Shown here: one piece after another, positions 55,322-64,000 of the stretch
How positions within the stretch are numbered: the first letter of the stretch is position 1
Layout of the letters: each line of letters starts with the position of its first letter
Assembly (NCBI GenBank): GCA_965214705.1
Contig: OZ243972.1
Location: 1,728,001 to 1,792,000, forward strand
From: Alphaproteobacteria bacterium
GTDB lineage: Bacteria > Pseudomonadota > Alphaproteobacteria > UBA828
Direction: 5' to 3'
Length of the DNA stretch: 64,000 nt
Translations under genes and position numbers: made by a program
Notes under the pieces: generated by a model
What the model saw: only the letters and a program-made list of their open reading frames with translations
Told to the model about the DNA's origin: nothing
Database searches by the model: none

Positions 55322-55705
55322 TCAGCCATCGACCGGCTCGTCTCTCTCAAGCGTGCGGAAGCCGCCGCGAATGAAGACTGCGACCGTGCAGCCGGTGTGC
55401 GAGACCGAGAAATGTTTGGAGCCGGGCTTGAGGGACACGAGATCGTTCTTTTTGTAGATGGTGCCGTCGCAGTCCTCGATCTCGCCGTCGAGAACCATGA
55501 ACTCCTCATAGCCCACATGCTCGTGGGGAATCGAGGTTCCGCCGGGCTTGAATCGGATCAGGAAGCAGCCGCCGCCCTCCGCCTCGTCGTAGCTGACATT
55601 GCACCAAGTCAGGTCGGACTGCTCCGACCCTTGCAGCCCGTACGGCACGAACTCCGCCGTGTCGAGGTTGACGATCCGACGTTGTGAATCGAGGGTGGTC
55701 GACAT
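55322..55705 (-). CDS. Cupin (ChrR/Cupin_7-like)
   Basis: FKPGGTSIPHEHVGYEEFMVLDG...PGSKH. Confidence 0.8.
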   Translation of the reverse strand: MSTTLDSQRRIVNLDTAEFVPYGLQGSEQSDLTWCNVSYDEAEGGGCFLIRFKPGGTSIPHEHVGYEEFMVLDGEIEDCDGTIYKKNDLVSLKPGSKHFSVSHTGCTVAVFIRGGFRTLERDEPVDG

Positions 55706-55922
55706 TGTCTTGCCTTCCCAAATTTGACCTAGCCGCAGCAGCGGGGCGCGTCCTTATTCGCCGAAACAAGGTTACGCCGGCGCCAGACCAACCGGCAAGA
55801 CTCCGTCGTCTTTTCCGCCGGGATCGTGTGAAAAAGAAATACTTGTACGGGCTCCGCTGCTCGCGCATGCCACCTTAGCCGACAAGCAACCCGCACTCGG
55901 TGGTCTCGGATGCACGCCCGCG

Positions 55923-56825
55923 TCAGTGCCTGCTCGGCTCGCCAAGCGTCGCAGCCTTGAAGACGAAGGTATCGTCGACATACTCGCCGCCCTCCGAGGC
56001 CGCCGGCATGACATCACTGTAGCGATCTTCCAGCACGATGTGGGGGTCGTGCCCCTCGACCCACCCCAGGAAGAAGTCGTGCAGGTGGTAGCCGATCAGG
56101 TGCTGCACGTCCTCGCGCAGGTCTTTTGCCACGGCCGGAGGGACGGCGAGGTACTGGTTCTCCTCCTGACGCAGCCATCCCAGGCTGTAGCCGGTGATCG
56201 CGCCGGTGCGCCACTCGTCCTCGGTATTGTTCTGGCCACCGCCGTGATAGACCGAGCCCAGGTAGATCAGGCACGAGCCGCGCGGCATGACGGCATAGGC
56301 CCTCGGAGTGTTGTCGTCGGGATAGGTGTCATCGTCCCAGACATGGCTTCCCAGAACCACGTTGGTGGCACCGTTCTCGTATGTGAAGTCGGTAAGTGCC
56401 CACATCGTGTTGCACAGGCACTGCGGCCCGGGATGGCGGAAGGGCATCAGCGCGTCGTCGCGATGGATGATCTGCAGTCCCTGACCGGGGCCGATCCGCA
56501 CCGCTTGGGTGACGTGAAGCTGGTAGCGTTCGCAGCGCGGCAGCAGAAGGCGGTCCATTACGCCAAGGATCTGCGGGCACGTGGCGAGCTCTTCACCGTA
56601 GCTCTTGGACTTCGCGACCAGAGAGCTGACCCGCTTCGTCTTGTTCCCCCAGAACTCGCCCTCGCCGTAGTAGGCGCGTGACAGGAAGGGTTCGAGCTCG
56701 GCGTTGACTCTGTCGACCACCTCGTCATCGACGACCTGACGGTAGATGACGGCACCATCCTCTTCCAGGATCGCCATCGCCTCGTCGGCCGACGCAGGCC
56801 GGTCGATGGAACGCACCGTGTTCAT
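55923..56825 (-). CDS. PhyH-family Fe(II)/2OG dioxygenase
   Basis: IHRDD, WALTDFT.ENGAT, YHGGG and GWLRQEENQY. Confidence 0.88.
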   Translation of the reverse strand: MNTVRSIDRPASADEAMAILEEDGAVIYRQVVDDEVVDRVNAELEPFLSRAYYGEGEFWGNKTKRVSSLVAKSKSYGEELATCPQILGVMDRLLLPRCERYQLHVTQAVRIGPGQGLQIIHRDDALMPFRHPGPQCLCNTMWALTDFTYENGATNVVLGSHVWDDDTYPDDNTPRAYAVMPRGSCLIYLGSVYHGGGQNNTEDEWRTGAITGYSLGWLRQEENQYLAVPPAVAKDLREDVQHLIGYHLHDFFLGWVEGHDPHIVLEDRYSDVMPAASEGGEYVDDTFVFKAATLGEPSRH

Positions 56826-56906
56826 GGCTGCCTCCCTCTGCTCGGTTGTACGATTCTAGCCCGGAACATTTGCCACGGTCACGGCCTGCTGGACCGGCGC
56901 TCAAGG

Positions 56907-57011
56907 GCGTTCGGCGGGTTCAGGCAGTCGGGCTACGGCAAGGGCAAGGCGCACCACGCGCTGGAGAAGTTCCGCGAATGCAAGAACACCTGGATTGAGC
57001 TATCGGGCTGA
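56907..57011 (+). pseudogene. Aldehyde dehydrogenase C-terminal remnant
   Basis: Manual translation AFGGFRQSGYGKGKAHHALEKFRECKNTWIELSG* resembles the ALDH PFGGxKxSG tail. Confidence 0.65.
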
Positions 57012-57036
57012 CCGCGCCAGCAAATTCTCCTCTCGA

Positions 57037-59115
57037 TCAAGCGACCGCGCTCTCGAGGCGAACGTACTCCACCTTGTAGGGCACGTCGGCGACCGCGCCG
57101 GCGTCAAGCTCGCGCGCGAACTTGTGGCCCTCGTAGACAGCATGTTGGATCGTGCCGGCGGCCACGCAGTCGCCGACGCGGGCGAGCGTGGTAATCCCGG
57201 CCTTCTCCAGCTTCTCCGGTTCCGCCGCAAGCTCCCGGTAGAGCGTGTCGTTCGGCAGGCGCGAGGTGGTGAGCACGAGAGACTGATAGCCGAGATGCTG
57301 CCGCTTCTCCTCGTGATAGACGTTGTAGATCTCGATGCTGTTGTCGCCGATGTGGGCGATGTTGTGATCGGTGATCAGCTCGATCCCCATGGAGAGGACC
57401 TGGCTCATGATCTTCTCCATCTCCAGGGTGTATTCCGACCAGCGCGAGAGTTCCATCAGCGGGGTGACGATGGTCACCTCGTGACCGGCGGCCCGGAGCT
57501 TCTCGGCAATGACGCCGCCCATGTAGTAGTGGTCGTCGTCGAACACGACGATGGGACCCTCCAGCGCTTTCCCGTCCATCACGTCATCGGGAGTGAAGAC
57601 CTTCTTGCCGTCGCTCCCTGGGATCGCATGCGTGTTGGTGTAGGCGGCGCCGTCGCCGCGCCAGCGCGACCCTGTGGCGACGACCACGGTCTCGGCGCCG
57701 TAGTCGAGCACATCTTGCGTCGACAGGCGCGAGCCCGTGTGCACCTCGACATTCTTCATCTTCGCGATCTGGCCGACGCGGTAATCGCGCACGCGGCCCC
57801 ATGCGGCGAGGCCGGGGAGCGTGCTTTCGCGTGACACCCGGCCGCCTACGTCCGGTTCCGCCTCGACGAGGTGAACCGTGTAGCCCCGCTCTCCGAGCGC
57901 GCGCGCACACTCCAGCCCAGCCGGGCCGGTACCGACGATGAGCACACCGCTGTCGGACCCTTTCGGCTCGATCGTCTCCGGGTGCCAGCCACGCCGCCAC
58001 TCCTCGCCCGCGGTCGGGTTCTGCGTGCAGCGGAACAGGCTGGTGGTGTTCTCCGAGGCCACGCACATGTTGCAACCGATACACTCGCGGATGTCGTCGT
58101 TCCGCCCCTCCTCGATCTTCTTCGGCAGGAAGGGATCGGCGATCGAGGGGCGCGCCGCGCCGATGAAATCCGTAATCCCGCGGCCGATCTGGGAAATCAT
58201 CGTGTCCGGCGATGTGTAGCGCCCGACCGTCACGACCGGCCTGTCGGTCTTCTGCTTGACGAAGGCGACGTAAGGCTCCTGGAAGGCTTCATCGGTGAAC
58301 CGCGACGTGGCGGAATCGTAGGCCCAGTCGCTGATGTTCACGTCCCAGAGGTCGGGCAGGTCGGAGAACATCTCGACCACCGCCTGGCCCTCTTCCTGCC
58401 AGGTAATGCCGTGCTCGCCCCGGTTTTCGTCGACCGCGAGCCTCAGCGCCACAGCCGCCCTGTCGCCGACGGCCTCCTTGGTGTCCTCCAGCAGTTCGCC
58501 GATCAGGCGGGCGCGGTTTTCGACGCTGCCGCCATATTCGTCGGTGCGGTGATTGGTGTGCGGTGAGAGGAAGTGCTGTGGCAGCGCGATGTCGTGGGCG
58601 GCATAGACGTAGACGATGTCGTAGCCAACGTTGACCGCCCTCTTCGCCGCCTCCACCTGCCAGCGCCGGAACTCGCGGATGTCGGCCTTGTCCATCTCGC
58701 GGCCCATGATGGGATCCCAGTTGTAGTGCACCATGTTGGGCGAGGGTCCCAGCGGGAACTCCTTCGTCTTGCGGTTGGAGAAGCCGAGCCCGTTATGGAC
58801 CAGCTCCACGGCGGCGAGCGCGCCGTATTCGTGCATGGTGTCCACCCATCCGCGAAGCTGCTCCGCGTACTCGTCGTTCCAGAGCCGGCGTTCACCATAA
58901 GGGGCGGCGCAGGAGCTTGGATGGATGCTGCATTGCTCGGTGCAGATGACGGCCCAACCGCCTTCGGCCTTCATGCGCCGATGCGCGACATCGCCGTGGT
59001 GCTCGCCGTAACCCATCGCATTGCAGTGAGGCACTTGGTAGAAGCGATTCTTGGCGATCTTCGGGCCGATCTTGATCGGCGTGAACAGGATGTCGTAACG
59101 GGGATCGCGGGCCAT
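57037..59115 (-). CDS. TMADH-family flavoprotein 2
   Basis: MARDPRYDILF, KNRFYQVPHC, VYVYAAH, CIGCNMC and GTGPAG; start placed at ATG 59115 after GGGAGG. Confidence 0.9.
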   Translation of the reverse strand: MARDPRYDILFTPIKIGPKIAKNRFYQVPHCNAMGYGEHHGDVAHRRMKAEGGWAVICTEQCSIHPSSCAAPYGERRLWNDEYAEQLRGWVDTMHEYGALAAVELVHNGLGFSNRKTKEFPLGPSPNMVHYNWDPIMGREMDKADIREFRRWQVEAAKRAVNVGYDIVYVYAAHDIALPQHFLSPHTNHRTDEYGGSVENRARLIGELLEDTKEAVGDRAAVALRLAVDENRGEHGITWQEEGQAVVEMFSDLPDLWDVNISDWAYDSATSRFTDEAFQEPYVAFVKQKTDRPVVTVGRYTSPDTMISQIGRGITDFIGAARPSIADPFLPKKIEEGRNDDIRECIGCNMCVASENTTSLFRCTQNPTAGEEWRRGWHPETIEPKGSDSGVLIVGTGPAGLECARALGERGYTVHLVEAEPDVGGRVSRESTLPGLAAWGRVRDYRVGQIAKMKNVEVHTGSRLSTQDVLDYGAETVVVATGSRWRGDGAAYTNTHAIPGSDGKKVFTPDDVMDGKALEGPIVVFDDDHYYMGGVIAEKLRAAGHEVTIVTPLMELSRWSEYTLEMEKIMSQVLSMGIELITDHNIAHIGDNSIEIYNVYHEEKRQHLGYQSLVLTTSRLPNDTLYRELAAEPEKLEKAGITTLARVGDCVAAGTIQHAVYEGHKFARELDAGAVADVPYKVEYVRLESAVA

Positions 59116-59637
59116 TGTTACCTCCCTGCACCGTATATGGGCAGCGCCTCGGCGGCGCGCCCTCATGCATGCACCAAACGACCATGCAGCGGCGGGCGCG
59201 CCACGCGCATGAGCGCACGGCGCGGCGCCGCCGGGATGTGAGAGCCCGCCTAGGCGGCGAGCTGCTCGGACTCGGGATCGTGAATGAAGAAGACCTTGCG
59301 GACGGTCTCCTCGATGACCCAGGTCACCTTCTCGCCCTTGTTCGTGTAGAAGATGTCGCCGGCGGTATAGGTGTGGGTGGTGCCGTCCTGTTCGGTCACA
59401 TGGATCTTGAACGAAGCCGCTACGCGGAGTTAGCGGCGTAGAGTTCATTCATTTCCGAGGCGTCGCGGGTGCCGTTTGTTCTGTGCGTTCGCTTCCCGGT
59501 TGCGTCAGTGGCGCTCCGCCCGTCGGGTGGCGGATCCCCAGCAGCCTCCCGATCACCAGTGGTTAGTATCGACCCCTGCGACGGACCGTCGCCGGATCGG
59601 TCCGGCGGCGCGCCGTCGCGATCCAGGGAGATCGATA

Positions 59638-60516
59638 ATGACCGGGACCGCGTGCGACACGAACACCGTCACCCCTCTTCGCCAGCGCATGGAGGAGCAG
59701 CTCCGCATCGCCAATCTGGCCGCGAGCACGTCCAAGGCCTACATCTGCGAGATCAAGAACCTGGCCAGGTACTACGACGCCTCGCCGGACGAGCTCGACG
59801 CCGAGCAGGTGCGCCAGTGGTACCTGGGGCGGATCGACAAGGGGCTCAGTCCGGGCACGACCAACGTCTCCTTCGCCGCGCTGAACTTCCTCTACATCGA
59901 CACACTCGGCTGGCCTGACCATGTCGCCGGCCTGCGCTCCCGCAAGAAGCCCGGCAAGCTGCCGCGCTACATGTCGGAGCAGGAGGTCGAGCACCTCATC
60001 CTTGCGACACCCGACCTCCGCCACCGTGCTGCCATTGTCACCGGCTATGGCGGCGGGCTCCGCATCTCCGAGACCTTGGCCATCAAGGTCGGCGACATCC
60101 TGTCGGAGAAGAAGCTGCTGCACATCCCCTCCGGCAAAGGCGGCACCGAGAGAATGGCACCGTTGCCGGACATCGTCATCCACTACTTGCGCGTCTACTA
60201 CAGGAACATCTGGCCGCGTCCGACGAGCTGGCTCTTCTACGGCGTCTCGCTCGACAGGCCCATCGCAACGGAGACCTTGCAGGCCGCCTTCAGGAGGGCG
60301 CGCGACATTGCCGAGCTCGACCGCAGCTACACCTTCCATTGCCTGCGCCATTCGGCGGCGACCCATCTCCTCGAGCGCGGCGGCGATATCGAGGTGATCC
60401 GGGACATGCTCGGCCATCGAAGCGCGAACACGACCCGTCACTACGCCCGCGTCACCGGCAAGATGTTCGAGGGCCTCGACCACCCGATCTCAGGCTTCGC
60501 AGCGTTGCGCAACTGA
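59638..60516 (+). CDS. Tyrosine recombinase (copy 2)
   Basis: Same protein as 49497-50375, with the R-K-HxxR-H-Y catalytic set. Confidence 0.92.
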   Translation: MTGTACDTNTVTPLRQRMEEQLRIANLAASTSKAYICEIKNLARYYDASPDELDAEQVRQWYLGRIDKGLSPGTTNVSFAALNFLYIDTLGWPDHVAGLRSRKKPGKLPRYMSEQEVEHLILATPDLRHRAAIVTGYGGGLRISETLAIKVGDILSEKKLLHIPSGKGGTERMAPLPDIVIHYLRVYYRNIWPRPTSWLFYGVSLDRPIATETLQAAFRRARDIAELDRSYTFHCLRHSAATHLLERGGDIEVIRDMLGHRSANTTRHYARVTGKMFEGLDHPISGFAALRN

Positions 60517-60522
60517 CGGCGC

Positions 60523-61764
60523 GTGGAGGCCGAACGCGCGGGCGTGGCGGAGATCTTCCGCCGCGCCGGCGCCGCTTTCCGTGAGCGCCACAAAGGGCGC
60601 ATCGACGCCGCCCGGCTCAAGGTCATGGGCGCCATCGAGGCGTGCCGCACCGCCGTGCTCGGCGGCCACATGTACGCCTGCGAGGGCTGCGGGCGCGAGC
60701 ATCCGCTCTTCAACTCCTGCCGCAACCGCCACTGCCCCACCTGCCAGGGTCTCGCCGCCAACCTCTGGAGCGAGGAGCGCGCCGGGGACATCCTGCCGGT
60801 GCCCTACTTCCATGTGGTCTTCACCCTGCCCAAGGAGGTTGCCGCCATTGCCTTCTGCAACCGCAGGGTGGTGTTCGACATCCTCTTCCGGGCCGTCGCC
60901 GAGACCCTGCGCACCATCGCCGCCGATCCCCGCCACGGCGGCATGCGCATCGGCGGCACCGCGGTCCTCCATACCTGGGATCAGAAGCTCCGCTTCCACC
61001 CGCACCTGCACGTGGTCGTGCCCAACGCGGGCTTCGACGTAGACAGTGGCGAGTGGAAGACGGGGAGCACCACCTTCCTCGCCCCCGTCAAGGTCCTCGG
61101 CAGCCTGTTCCGCCGCCTCTTCCTCGAGGAGCTCGCCCGCGCCCACGGCCGGGGGGACCTGGAGTTCCACGGCACCGTCGCCCACCTCGCCAATCCCGGC
61201 GAGTTCCACGCCACGCTTGCCGCCGCCCGGGCCAGGGACTGGGTGGTCTACGCCAAGCGGCCCTTCCGCGGGCCTGAGCAGGTCTTCCGGTACCTCTCGC
61301 ACTACACGCACAGGATCGCCATCTCCGACAGCCGCATCGTCTCCTTCGACGGCGAGACGGTCTCCTTCCGCCACCGAAAGCCCAAGGCGCCGGGGCAGAG
61401 AAAGCCGCGCTACGGCATCGCCACCGTGAGCGCCGACGAGTTCATCCGCCGCTTCCTGAGGCACGTCCTGCCGGACGGCATGCACCGCATTCGCTACTTC
61501 GGCATCCTCGCCAACGGCTGCCGCGCCAGCACGCTGGAGAGAGCACGCCAGGCTCTCGGCGCCCTCGGCTGCGCCGCCCCCGAGGGAAGCGTGGACGGCG
61601 CTCGGGCCGAGCCCGACGAAGAGCCCGAGATCGGCACCGCGCCCGTGGCCTGCCCCCACTGCGGCGGCGTCATGCGCCTCGTCCGCGAAATCCGCCGCCG
61701 CCATGAGCCCCGCTCGACGCGCGGCCCGCCGGCGCTGCCGCCGACCCACAGGGGGAAACCGTGA
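60523..61764 (+). CDS. IS91-family (HUH/Y2) rolling-circle transposase
   Basis: Zn-binding CRT..LGG...CEGCG...NSCRNRHCPTC, YFHVVFTLP, HPHLH (HUH), YLSHY (Y2), RIRYFG and C-terminal CPHCG. Confidence 0.93.
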   Translation: MEAERAGVAEIFRRAGAAFRERHKGRIDAARLKVMGAIEACRTAVLGGHMYACEGCGREHPLFNSCRNRHCPTCQGLAANLWSEERAGDILPVPYFHVVFTLPKEVAAIAFCNRRVVFDILFRAVAETLRTIAADPRHGGMRIGGTAVLHTWDQKLRFHPHLHVVVPNAGFDVDSGEWKTGSTTFLAPVKVLGSLFRRLFLEELARAHGRGDLEFHGTVAHLANPGEFHATLAAARARDWVVYAKRPFRGPEQVFRYLSHYTHRIAISDSRIVSFDGETVSFRHRKPKAPGQRKPRYGIATVSADEFIRRFLRHVLPDGMHRIRYFGILANGCRASTLERARQALGALGCAAPEGSVDGARAEPDEEPEIGTAPVACPHCGGVMRLVREIRRRHEPRSTRGPPALPPTHRGKP

Positions 61765-62026
61765 GACGCCCGCTCGCTTCGGCCCCGCGCAACGGCGCCA
61801 AAGCGCCGACGCACGACCGAACCTGTCTCCGCTTGAGCCGGGCTGACAGCCCTCGGCTCACACCCCGCTCAGTCCTCGCAGCGTGCGCCCGCATGCCTGC
61901 CGAAAGACCGGCGCGAGCGTCGATTTTATGCGCAACTCTGCTGCCGGTGGATGCCGCCTGACGCTGACATCAGCGCACTTTCCACATAGCTCAACTTCGC
62001 CTCTCGTGGCCCGCGGCTTCGTTCAA

Positions 62027-62068
62027 AAGGGTTGGGCAGGCTCTCTCTCGAGAGCCTGCCCAACCCTT
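62027..62068. repeat. Terminal hairpin of element copy 2 (19-bp perfect stem, loop TCTC)
   Basis: AAGGGTTGGGCAGGCTCTC-TCTC-GAGAGCCTGCCCAACCCTT. Confidence 0.92.
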
Positions 62069-62388
62069 AACCTTGCCCTGGAGCAGGGTGCAGATCTCGT
62101 CGCCCGGATAGGTGTATTCGAAACTACCCGGCGTGCACTGCCAGACACCGGCCATGGTGCGCATGCCGAAGCCGCCCAGATCGAAACGCCCCTCGTGCAC
62201 CGGGTTGCCGTCGAGCACGTTCACGAACGGCAGCTCCTCCAGCGGCGGCCACGGCTCCAGCCCGCCCTCGTCCTTCAGCGTCACATAGTCGAGCATCTTC
62301 TCCCTCCACTCCCTCATCGGCCAGTGAGTTGAGCCATCGTTGGCATCGCAGAAGCCTGTCGGCGCGATACTAGGACATTCTTCACCGA

Positions 62389-63997
62389 TCAGGCGACCCG
62401 CTTTGGAAACGTTTCGTGCCCCCAGACTTGGCGCTCGCGGATCCACGGCAGCGGCTGTTGCGGATCGTCGGATTCGAACTCGCGCGCGAGCCTGTGGCCG
62501 TCGAAGATGGCGTTGGCGATGATGCGCGGGGCGTGACAATCGCCGACCCGATAGACCGCCTGGATGCCTTGGCCGGCCCACTCCGCGTTGCGCGCCTTGA
62601 CCTCGCGGAACACCTTGTCATTGCTCAGCCGTGACGTGCACAGGACGACACTGTCACACTCGAGTTCAGTCATCTCGGTACCAGCACGGCGCGAATACTC
62701 GCCCTTCTTTGGCGTCAACGTCCGAACATAACCGTCCCGATAGAGGTAGAAGATCGTAAGCTTAACTGCATTACCTATCTCAAGTTTATCTGCCCAATGC
62801 AGCGTATGTTGCTCGATGTTCTTTTCGTGCATCATGCGGCGAATATCGTGAATCTCCTCGGTATAGATGCAGTGAGACGCGACGTTATCGAAGTTGGTGA
62901 CGATGCTGACGTCCTTGCCTTGATCGGCAAGCAGCTCCGCCATGCTCACGCCGGTGTAATAGCCCTCGTAGTCGAGCACGACGACGCGCTCGCCGGTCTC
63001 CTTGCCGGCCATGATCTGCTCGGGGGTACTAATTTCCGGTAGCGACGCATCTGCGCCGCCGAGCGGGGCCTGCGTCACGCCGCCGAGGCCGTTCGTCGAC
63101 CATCGCGCACCGGTGGCGAAGACCACCTTGTCGGCGCCGTATTCCAGAACGCTGTCGGCGCTCATCTCGCCGACCCCGGTGTGCACTTCGACGTTCTTGA
63201 GCTTGTCCAGCTGGCCCTGTTTGTAGCTGATGACGCGGCCCCATTCGGCGAGATGGGGGTAGCGCATGATGTCCTTCATGCAGCCGCCGATTTCGTCCGA
63301 CGCTTCGCGCAGGTGGACGTCGTAGCCCCGCTCGCCGAGGACACGCGCGCACTCCATCCCTGCAGGGCCGGCGCCGACGACGAGAACCGAGCACGGATCC
63401 TCCGCCCGCTCGAACTTCTCGGGGTGCCAGCCGCGCCGGTATTCCTCCATCGACGTGGCGTTCTGTGTGCAGATCAGGGGTGTCGTCTGCCACCACTTGG
63501 AGAGGCACATGTTGCAGCCGATGCATTCGCGGATGTCGTCGGTCCGGCCTTCGTCGATCTTGTTGGGGAGGAAGGGATCGGCGATGGAGGGACGCGCGGC
63601 GCCGATCAGGTCGGCCTGCCCGGACTTGACGATCTGCACCATCTCGTCGGGGCTGGTGACACGGCCGGCGCTGACCACCGGCACGCTGCAGGCCTTCTTG
63701 GCTTCCCTGATCCAGGGCGCCATGTAGTTGGAGGCCGTGGAGCGCGAGGCAGCAATTTCCAGCGCGAGCTCGGAGTAGCGGCCGACCTTCATGTCCCAGA
63801 CGTCGCACAGGCCTTCCCTCTCATGGAGCTCGATGAAGCGAATGCCGTCCTCCCAGACCTCGAGGCCGTCCGGCCCGTCCATGGTGTCGACCGAATAGCG
63901 ATAGCCGACCGCACACTCATCGCCGACGGCCTTTTTGGTCGCCTCCGAGACTTCGAGCGCAAAACGGGCGCGATTCTCCATCGAGCCGCCGTACTTG
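62389..63997 (-). CDS. TMADH-family flavoprotein 3 (5' part outside the window, possibly interrupted)
   Basis: KYGGSMENRARF, ARPSIADP, CIGCNMC, GAGPAG and AIFDGHRLARE. Confidence 0.85.
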
Positions 63998-64000
63998 AAC

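Larger units (their letters stand above)
59410..62071 (+). mobile_element. Tyrosine recombinase + IS91-type element, copy 2 (intact, 2,662 bp)
   Basis: Boundaries fixed by the interrupted cupin gene and by copy 1; CTTG at 59406-59409 and 62072-62075. Confidence 0.93.
59250..62296 (-). pseudogene. Cupin_3-like gene split by element copy 2 (62072-62296 + 59250-59409)
   Basis: Rejoined over one CTTG it reads MLDYVTLK...GVWQCTPG...EICTLLQGK|IHVTEQDG...EETVRKVFF...*. Confidence 0.88.

Noticed and set aside
59116-59448. 110-aa N-terminal extension of TMADH 2 (803-aa ORF)
   Set aside because: It starts inside the mobile element and crosses the cupin remnant out of frame; the true start is 59115.
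49269-62071. The two element copies as a composite transposon carrying 53581-59409
   Set aside because: Each copy independently interrupts its own gene, which can be rejoined across that single copy, so they are separate insertions.

Overview
This is a GC-rich proteobacterial window, probably alphaproteobacterial. The left 16 kb is core-like: aprM-aprB-aprA (APS reductase), a di-haem cytochrome c peroxidase, an aminotransferase and a hydantoinase-B fusion behind sucC-sucD-sucA-sucB-lpdA. The 17-34 kb region is a mosaic of mobile DNA. It holds an IS66 carrying a DNA methylase, an autotransporter-like gene between 72-bp inverted repeats, a 44-bp direct-repeat pair, an IS4 inside a REP, Zn/Ni uptake genes, an integrase next to a degenerate tRNA-fMet att site, and IS1380/IS630 remnants. 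The 34.5-64 kb region looks like an amine-catabolism cluster: three TMADH-family flavoenzymes, two glutamine-synthetase-like ligases, PhyH dioxygenases, cupins and a Liv-type ABC transporter. It has been hit repeatedly by a 2,662-bp element encoding a tyrosine recombinase and an IS91-type HUH/Y2 transposase. There are two full copies, and a probable third starts at the last bases of the window. All sit at CTTG in the same orientation. The most unusual signal is the element's terminal 42-bp hairpin, whose loop is inverted between the two copies (GAGA vs TCTC, 'flip/flop'). Copy 1 also contains a nested IS110/IS1111-type element with candidate bridge-RNA guide segments. All calls come from reading the sequence and recognising motifs; no database searches were run.
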